A DNA stretch of 29,404 nt from a virus. Lineage: Duplodnaviria > Caudoviricetes. The notes beneath the pieces were generated by a model. It was not told where the DNA came from, searched no databases, and saw only the letters and a program-made list of their open reading frames with translations. Below, one piece after another: positions 24,854 through 29,404 of this stretch. The translations under genes and the position numbers were made by a program. Numbering within the stretch: position 1 is the first letter of the stretch; each line of letters opens with the position of its first letter. The stretch is from positions 1 to 29,404 of IMG/VR virus record IMGVR_UViG_3300017913_000496, one strand, 5' to 3'.

Positions 24854-25242
24854 TGGCGAACCCCTATCAAAAATATTTAAAAGGCGAAGATAAATTACAA
24901 CGTGCAATCATCAATTATTTGGAATTCCAATATCCGGACGCCATATTCACGCATCCAATGAATGAAGGTAAACGTTCGCCATTTGAACAATACAAAATGA
25001 AGTATTTAGGCGCAAAACCCGGAATTCCGGATTTACTTATATTTACACCAAACGCCGTTTTTAGCGGTTTAGCGGTCGAATTAAAATATAAATATAACAA
25101 ACCCACGGACAACCAAAAAAAGTGGCTTAAATGGCTTGAAAATTGCAATTGGGCCGTTTATTGGACCAATGATTTCGACGATTGCGTCGAATTGATTGAC
25201 AAATACTTTAAAAATGAATTAAAAAACCAACCAAAAAAATGA
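24853..25242 (+). CDS. VRR-NUC domain nuclease (putative Holliday-junction resolvase)
   Basis: E..LQ, H..NEGKR, GIPDL, VELK, PT.NQKKW. Confidence 0.88.
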   Translation: MANPYQKYLKGEDKLQRAIINYLEFQYPDAIFTHPMNEGKRSPFEQYKMKYLGAKPGIPDLLIFTPNAVFSGLAVELKYKYNKPTDNQKKWLKWLENCNWAVYWTNDFDDCVELIDKYFKNELKNQPKK

Positions 25243-25484
25243 AATATCAAACAATCTATTTTGACCCCGACAATCAAAAAATCCGTTGGACCCAAACGTC
25301 CCCGGACAATTTGGCCGTGACTTATGAATATGTGGGTAAATCAACCCGCGTTGAATTCGATTTGCTCGTTGAATTACTTTGGTATAAATACGAGGACGAC
25401 GACATACCATTGGACCAATTAAAGCGCATATTTGACGAATTGCGTTCGTTTTGTGATGACTTAAAATATAATTTGATTTTGTAA
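25239..25484 (+). CDS. Hypothetical protein (81 aa)
   Basis: ATGA-coupled ORF with genome-typical codon use. Confidence 0.7.
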   Translation: MKYQTIYFDPDNQKIRWTQTSPDNLAVTYEYVGKSTRVEFDLLVELLWYKYEDDDIPLDQLKRIFDELRSFCDDLKYNLIL

Positions 25485-25507
25485 AAAATCGGTTTAATTT
25501 TGACAGA

Positions 25508-26392
25508 ATGGAAAACAAACGAAATTATTACGCCGTAATCCCGGCGCCGGTTCGATACTCTAAAAACTTAAAAGCAAACGAAAAATTAATGTTTGGCGAA
25601 TTGACATCATTGACCAATGAAAAGGGTTTTTGTTACGCGTCAAACGAATATTTCGCCACCCTTTACGGGGTTTCAAAAACGTCGATTTCCAAGTGGATTT
25701 CGAATCTCGAAAAGAATAAATTTATCAAAATCAAAATGGTATATCAACGCGGCACAAAACAAATAAAAGAACGCCGGATTTACATTGCACCCCTATTGAA
25801 GAAAAGTTCAATACCTATTGAAGAAAAGTTAAATACCCCTATTGAAGAAAAGTTAAAGGTAAATATATATAACAAACTAAATAATAAAGAAAAGAATAAT
25901 ACCACGAAATCAAAAAAGCGCCAATTTGACCCAAATATTGAAAACGCTTTTCCGCATTTCGCGGCTTTATTTCCTTTAAAATATAGGCCCAAAACCGACG
26001 CCCAAACAAACAAATGGTTGGATTGTTTGGATAAGTTGCAACGGCTCGACGGTTACGATTTACGGGACGTTTATAAAGTGGCTAAAAATTTACGCAATGA
26101 CGAATTTTGGTCCAACAATTTTTTGTCCATTTTGAAGTTTAGAAACAACGACAAAAACGGTATAAAATACATTGACCGATTTATGGTCCAACACAAAGCC
26201 AAACAAAAACCGGTTGGCTTTACAAAAATAAAAGGGTTAAAAGAATTTTTTGTGTACAGAAATCCGGCAAGCGGTCAAAAAGAAATAGGCGCCAAAACTA
26301 AAAATGGCGACATTAACGAATTTCAAATCCGTGGTTTAATGATGACAAACGAGTTCCAAGAATTAAAAAAATTCGTTTTAAATGGTTTATAA
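25508..26392 (+). CDS. Replication initiator / replisome organiser (N-terminal winged HTH)
   Basis: YYAVIPAPVRY...EKL...GFCYASNEYFA...SISKWISNLEK; internal iterons; TAATTTTG box at 25495-25502. Confidence 0.82.
   Translation: MENKRNYYAVIPAPVRYSKNLKANEKLMFGELTSLTNEKGFCYASNEYFATLYGVSKTSISKWISNLEKNKFIKIKMVYQRGTKQIKERRIYIAPLLKKSSIPIEEKLNTPIEEKLKVNIYNKLNNKEKNNTTKSKKRQFDPNIENAFPHFAALFPLKYRPKTDAQTNKWLDCLDKLQRLDGYDLRDVYKVAKNLRNDEFWSNNFLSILKFRNNDKNGIKYIDRFMVQHKAKQKPVGFTKIKGLKEFFVYRNPASGQKEIGAKTKNGDINEFQIRGLMMTNEFQELKKFVLNGL
25792..25854 (+). repeat. Three 17-bp iterons CCTATTGAAGAAAAGTT (putative origin)
   Basis: Exact copies at 25792, 25814 and 25838, followed by an AT-rich tract. Confidence 0.85.
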
Positions 26393-26933
26393 AAAATACA
26401 AAATATCAACCCAATTGAAAAACGACGTTTGGGCGTTTTTTGATAATTATAAAATAGAAAACAAAATTTGGGGTTCGGGAAATAAGGAACAACAATTCGT
26501 TGGAATCATTGGCGAAATAATGGTCAAAATGTTGTTTGGAATCAAACACGAATGGAAAAAAGAATTTGACGGCGGTTTTGATTTTCAGTTCAAAGGACAT
26601 AAAATCGACGTTAAAACAATGACCCGGACCGTTGACGTTCGCGACGATTTTGTAAACAATTTAATTAAAAACCAAATTGATTTTGATTGCGACATTTATA
26701 TTTTTTGTTCACTAAACAAACGCAAAAATGAATTAACAATTTGCGGTTATATCAGCAAAAAAGAATTGTTGGAATTAGCGGTTTTATATAAACAAGGGAC
26801 GGTCCGTCGGCGTTCAAATGGAACAACGTTCAAAATGAAAAATGACGTTTACGAGATAGAAAACAACAAATTAAAGAACATCGAAAAATTATTTTATTAT
26901 TTACCAAAATATGAAAGCAATTTTTTAAATTAG
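26382..26933 (+). CDS. Restriction-endonuclease-fold (PD-(D/E)XK) protein
   Basis: GIIGE...DGGFDF...IDVKT...DIYIF pattern. Confidence 0.55.
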   Translation: MVYKKYKISTQLKNDVWAFFDNYKIENKIWGSGNKEQQFVGIIGEIMVKMLFGIKHEWKKEFDGGFDFQFKGHKIDVKTMTRTVDVRDDFVNNLIKNQIDFDCDIYIFCSLNKRKNELTICGYISKKELLELAVLYKQGTVRRRSNGTTFKMKNDVYEIENNKLKNIEKLFYYLPKYESNFLN

Positions 26934-26954
26934 CCAACAGAAAACAAAAACACA

Positions 26955-28628
26955 ATGAAAACATTTCACGATTTCGGAATCGATGTCGGCAATAAATCGA
27001 CCGGCAAAATCAAAACACAATGCCCAAAATGCAGTCCAACGCGTAAAAATAAACGCGACAAATGTTTGTCCGTTGACATTGACAAAGGTTTGTTTAATTG
27101 TCACAATTGCGGTTGGTCCGGCACGACAAAATTTGAACAAAAAAAGGAATTTATAAAACCCGAACCAATCAAAATAAATTTAACCGACCGCGTGATTAAA
27201 TGGTTCGGCGAACGCGGTATTTCCGAACCCACATTGCAACATTGGAAAATTGGCGAATCATTGGAATATTTCCCGCAAGTCGGAAGAAAACGCCGAGCAA
27301 TTAATTTTAATTATTACCGCGACAATGAATTGGTCAACGTTAAATTTCGCGACGGTCAAAAGAATTTCAAAATGGTATCGGGCGCCGAATTGATTTTTTA
27401 CGGTTTGGACAATATCCAAACAATGAATAAAATTTTTATTGTGGAAGGCGAAATCGACGCGTTAAGTTTGCACGAAGCCGGGATTTATTCCGTTTGTTCC
27501 GTACCAAATGGCGCGTCAAAAGGCAATCAACGATTGGAATATTTAGACAATTGTTTTGAGTATTTTAAAGACAAAAATGAAATCATTCTTTGCACCGACA
27601 ACGATTCGCCAGGAATCCAATTGCGTAAAGAATTGGCCCGACGGTTTGGCGCCTATCGTTGCAAATACGTTGATTTCGGCGCGTTTAAAGACGCCAACGA
27701 GATATTGACAACAAAAGGGGCCGAAGCATTGCGAAACGTCATTAAAACGGCTAAAAACTTTCCATTGGAAGGCGTGTTGAATATTGACAACATTTGGGAT
27801 TCCGTTTTGAATTATAACGAAAACGGCGTGACTAACTATTCTATTGGGTTACCAAACGCCGATAATTATTTCAAAATGGCGTTGGGCGAATGGTCCGTTG
27901 TGACGGGGATTCCCAATTCGGGAAAATCCGATGTAATGGACCAAATATGTTGTAATTTAGCGACACGATACAATTTTCGTTGTGCGATGTTTGCGCCTGA
28001 ATCATTCCCATATGAAGGCCACATCAAACGAATTGCCAACAAATTAAACGAAACCAATTGCAACAATGAACAATTGAATCAAACAAAAGATTTTATCCAA
28101 GACAATTTCTTTTGGGTCAAAATAGATTTGGAAAATCTAACTTTAAAAGGCATTTTAAACGCGTTTAAAGAATTAGTATTTCAAAAAGGAATAAATGTTT
28201 GTGTGATTGACCCGTGGAATATGTTGGACCATTCAGCGCAACGGGACCATTCCTACATTGGCCGCGCATTGTCTGAAATAACGCAATTTTGCCAACAGAC
28301 CAACACACATTTGTTTTTAGTGGCGCACCCGCGAAAAATAGAATCCGAAAACGGAAAATATAAAAAACCAACCCTTTACGACATTAGCGGTTCCGCCGAT
28401 TTTTTCAATAAGGCCTACAACGGTTTGATTGTGTATCGCTGCATTGGCGAACGTACAAAGTACAAATCGGACGTTGTTAAAATATACATTGAAAAGGTTA
28501 AGCGAAAAGAAAACGGCCAATTGGGCGATTTTGATATTGCACCGGATTTTAAGAATGGCGGGATTTACAAAGACATTGATTTGGAATCTAAAAAATTTGA
28601 AGTTATAACCGACGATTTACCCTTTTGA
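26955..28628 (+). CDS. Primase-helicase (Zn finger + TOPRIM + SF4 helicase; T7 gp4/Twinkle-like)
   Basis: CPKC...CHNC, IVEGEIDALS, SVPNGA, DND, KDANE, Walker A GIPNSGKS, VIDP, LVAHPRK, DISGS. Confidence 0.93.
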   Translation: MKTFHDFGIDVGNKSTGKIKTQCPKCSPTRKNKRDKCLSVDIDKGLFNCHNCGWSGTTKFEQKKEFIKPEPIKINLTDRVIKWFGERGISEPTLQHWKIGESLEYFPQVGRKRRAINFNYYRDNELVNVKFRDGQKNFKMVSGAELIFYGLDNIQTMNKIFIVEGEIDALSLHEAGIYSVCSVPNGASKGNQRLEYLDNCFEYFKDKNEIILCTDNDSPGIQLRKELARRFGAYRCKYVDFGAFKDANEILTTKGAEALRNVIKTAKNFPLEGVLNIDNIWDSVLNYNENGVTNYSIGLPNADNYFKMALGEWSVVTGIPNSGKSDVMDQICCNLATRYNFRCAMFAPESFPYEGHIKRIANKLNETNCNNEQLNQTKDFIQDNFFWVKIDLENLTLKGILNAFKELVFQKGINVCVIDPWNMLDHSAQRDHSYIGRALSEITQFCQQTNTHLFLVAHPRKIESENGKYKKPTLYDISGSADFFNKAYNGLIVYRCIGERTKYKSDVVKIYIEKVKRKENGQLGDFDIAPDFKNGGIYKDIDLESKKFEVITDDLPF

Positions 28629-28630
28629 TT

Positions 28631-28870
28631 ATGGCGAAAATATTACAACCGACAGACAAACACCGGACCGCGGTTCAATGGTGTATTAAAAACGACATCA
28701 AGGTTTCAGTACACCCAACGTTGAAAGGTTTGAAAGTATTAATCGACGACCGCGGCAAAAAATTATTGTCCCCACAAACGTACACCAAGAGCGAAGCCAA
28801 CAATAAGTGTTGGGAATTATATTTGTATATTTACAACAAAAATTTTAATAAATATGAAACTAAATTTTAA
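28631..28870 (+). CDS. Hypothetical protein (79 aa)
   Basis: ATG 2 nt after the helicase stop. Confidence 0.7.
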   Translation: MAKILQPTDKHRTAVQWCIKNDIKVSVHPTLKGLKVLIDDRGKKLLSPQTYTKSEANNKCWELYLYIYNKNFNKYETKF

Positions 28871-29039
28871 TACAATTATTTATCCGATTTACGGCCTTTT
28901 GTTAGGCATTAACTATTGGGATTCAGAAATGGACCACGTCGTCGTTAACGGCGAAATTGAGGGTCAAACCGAACATTGTTTGGAAATTCATTTGTTTTTT
29001 GTTGGGATTTCTTTTGCGTGGGCAACAGATAACAAATAA
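28854..29039 (+). CDS. Hypothetical protein (61 aa)
   Basis: Overlaps the upstream gene by 17 nt; hydrophobic segments. Confidence 0.65.
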   Translation: MKLNFNTIIYPIYGLLLGINYWDSEMDHVVVNGEIEGQTEHCLEIHLFFVGISFAWATDNK

Positions 29040-29067
29040 AAGTTTTCGTAAAATTTTCGTAATTTTT

Positions 29068-29119
29068 TAAAAAATATTTTCAATTTGTGTTTGTAATTGA
29101 AAAAATTTTTTTACATTTG
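29068..29119 (+). promoter_or_regulatory. Cassette A promoter (TACATTTG 29112-29119) with inverted pair of operator-like boxes
   Basis: TAAAAAATATTTTCAATT-N9-AATTGAAAAAATTTTTTTA. Confidence 0.7.
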
Positions 29120-29143
29120 TAGTGTAAACAAAAACAAACAGTT

Positions 29144-29383
29144 ATGACAATCGTAGAAAAAATAGAAAAGCTAAAAAACAAGTTAAGCACAGTTAGAAGT
29201 AACAGTGAGTATAACAAAGTAGAAAAGCAAATTCTTAAATTAGCTAAACAATTTAATAACCAAAACCACGAAGAAAGATTCTTCATTTACGAAAACACCG
29301 TTTACGGATTACAAAAAAATCCTAATCACTTTAACGATGCATATTATGGCACTAATACTAACAATTGGGACAGTAAACTTTAA
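29144..29383 (+). CDS. Small hypothetical early protein (79 aa), first ORF of cassette A
   Basis: AAACAGTTATG start; atypical AG/CT-rich composition. Confidence 0.75.
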   Translation: MTIVEKIEKLKNKLSTVRSNSEYNKVEKQILKLAKQFNNQNHEERFFIYENTVYGLQKNPNHFNDAYYGTNTNNWDSKL

Positions 29384-29404
29384 ATAATAAAACAAAAAAA
29401 AAAC
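29264..29404. repeat. Terminal direct repeat, right copy
   Basis: Identical to 1-141. Confidence 0.97.

Noticed and set aside
25792-25854. Mini-CRISPR array
   Set aside because: Spacers are only 5-7 bp and the repeats lie inside the initiator gene. Iterons fit better.
1-29263. Stop-codon reassignment
   Set aside because: Genes tile densely under the standard code, and TAA, TAG and TGA all end plausible genes.
29264-29404. 141-bp repeat as biological terminal repeats
   Set aside because: It cuts through an ORF, and 141 equals a common assembler maximum k-mer. It is best explained as circular contig overlap.

Overview
The window is very likely a complete, circularly assembled genome of about 29.26 kb from a small tailed dsDNA phage (siphovirus-type). 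Bases 1-141 repeat exactly at 29264-29404. All credible genes lie on the + strand. The host is probably in Bacteroidota/Flavobacteriia, judged from TAnnTTTG -7 promoter boxes and A-rich start contexts without Shine-Dalgarno motifs. Modules: terminases, portal with a long C-terminal extension, MuF head protein, HK97-type protease and capsid, head-tail genes, lysis cassette, receptor-binding protein, tail tube, frameshifted tail chaperones, tape measure, then HTH, recombination and replication genes. I found no integrase, DNA polymerase, methyltransferase or tRNA. Best leads: (1) a MuF-HEXXH metallopeptidase toxin with an adjacent Cys/His putative immunity gene; (2) three dispersed cassettes built as promoter, foreign small ORF(s), AATTAACCGGC-hairpin, then a 46-48 aa ORF; (3) candidate antisense small RNAs complementary to phage translation starts; (4) a dif-like Xer site in an integrase-less phage; (5) a gene bounded by 22-bp direct repeats; (6) a strong tetranucleotide skew. 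All family calls come from motif recognition by eye, not database searches.
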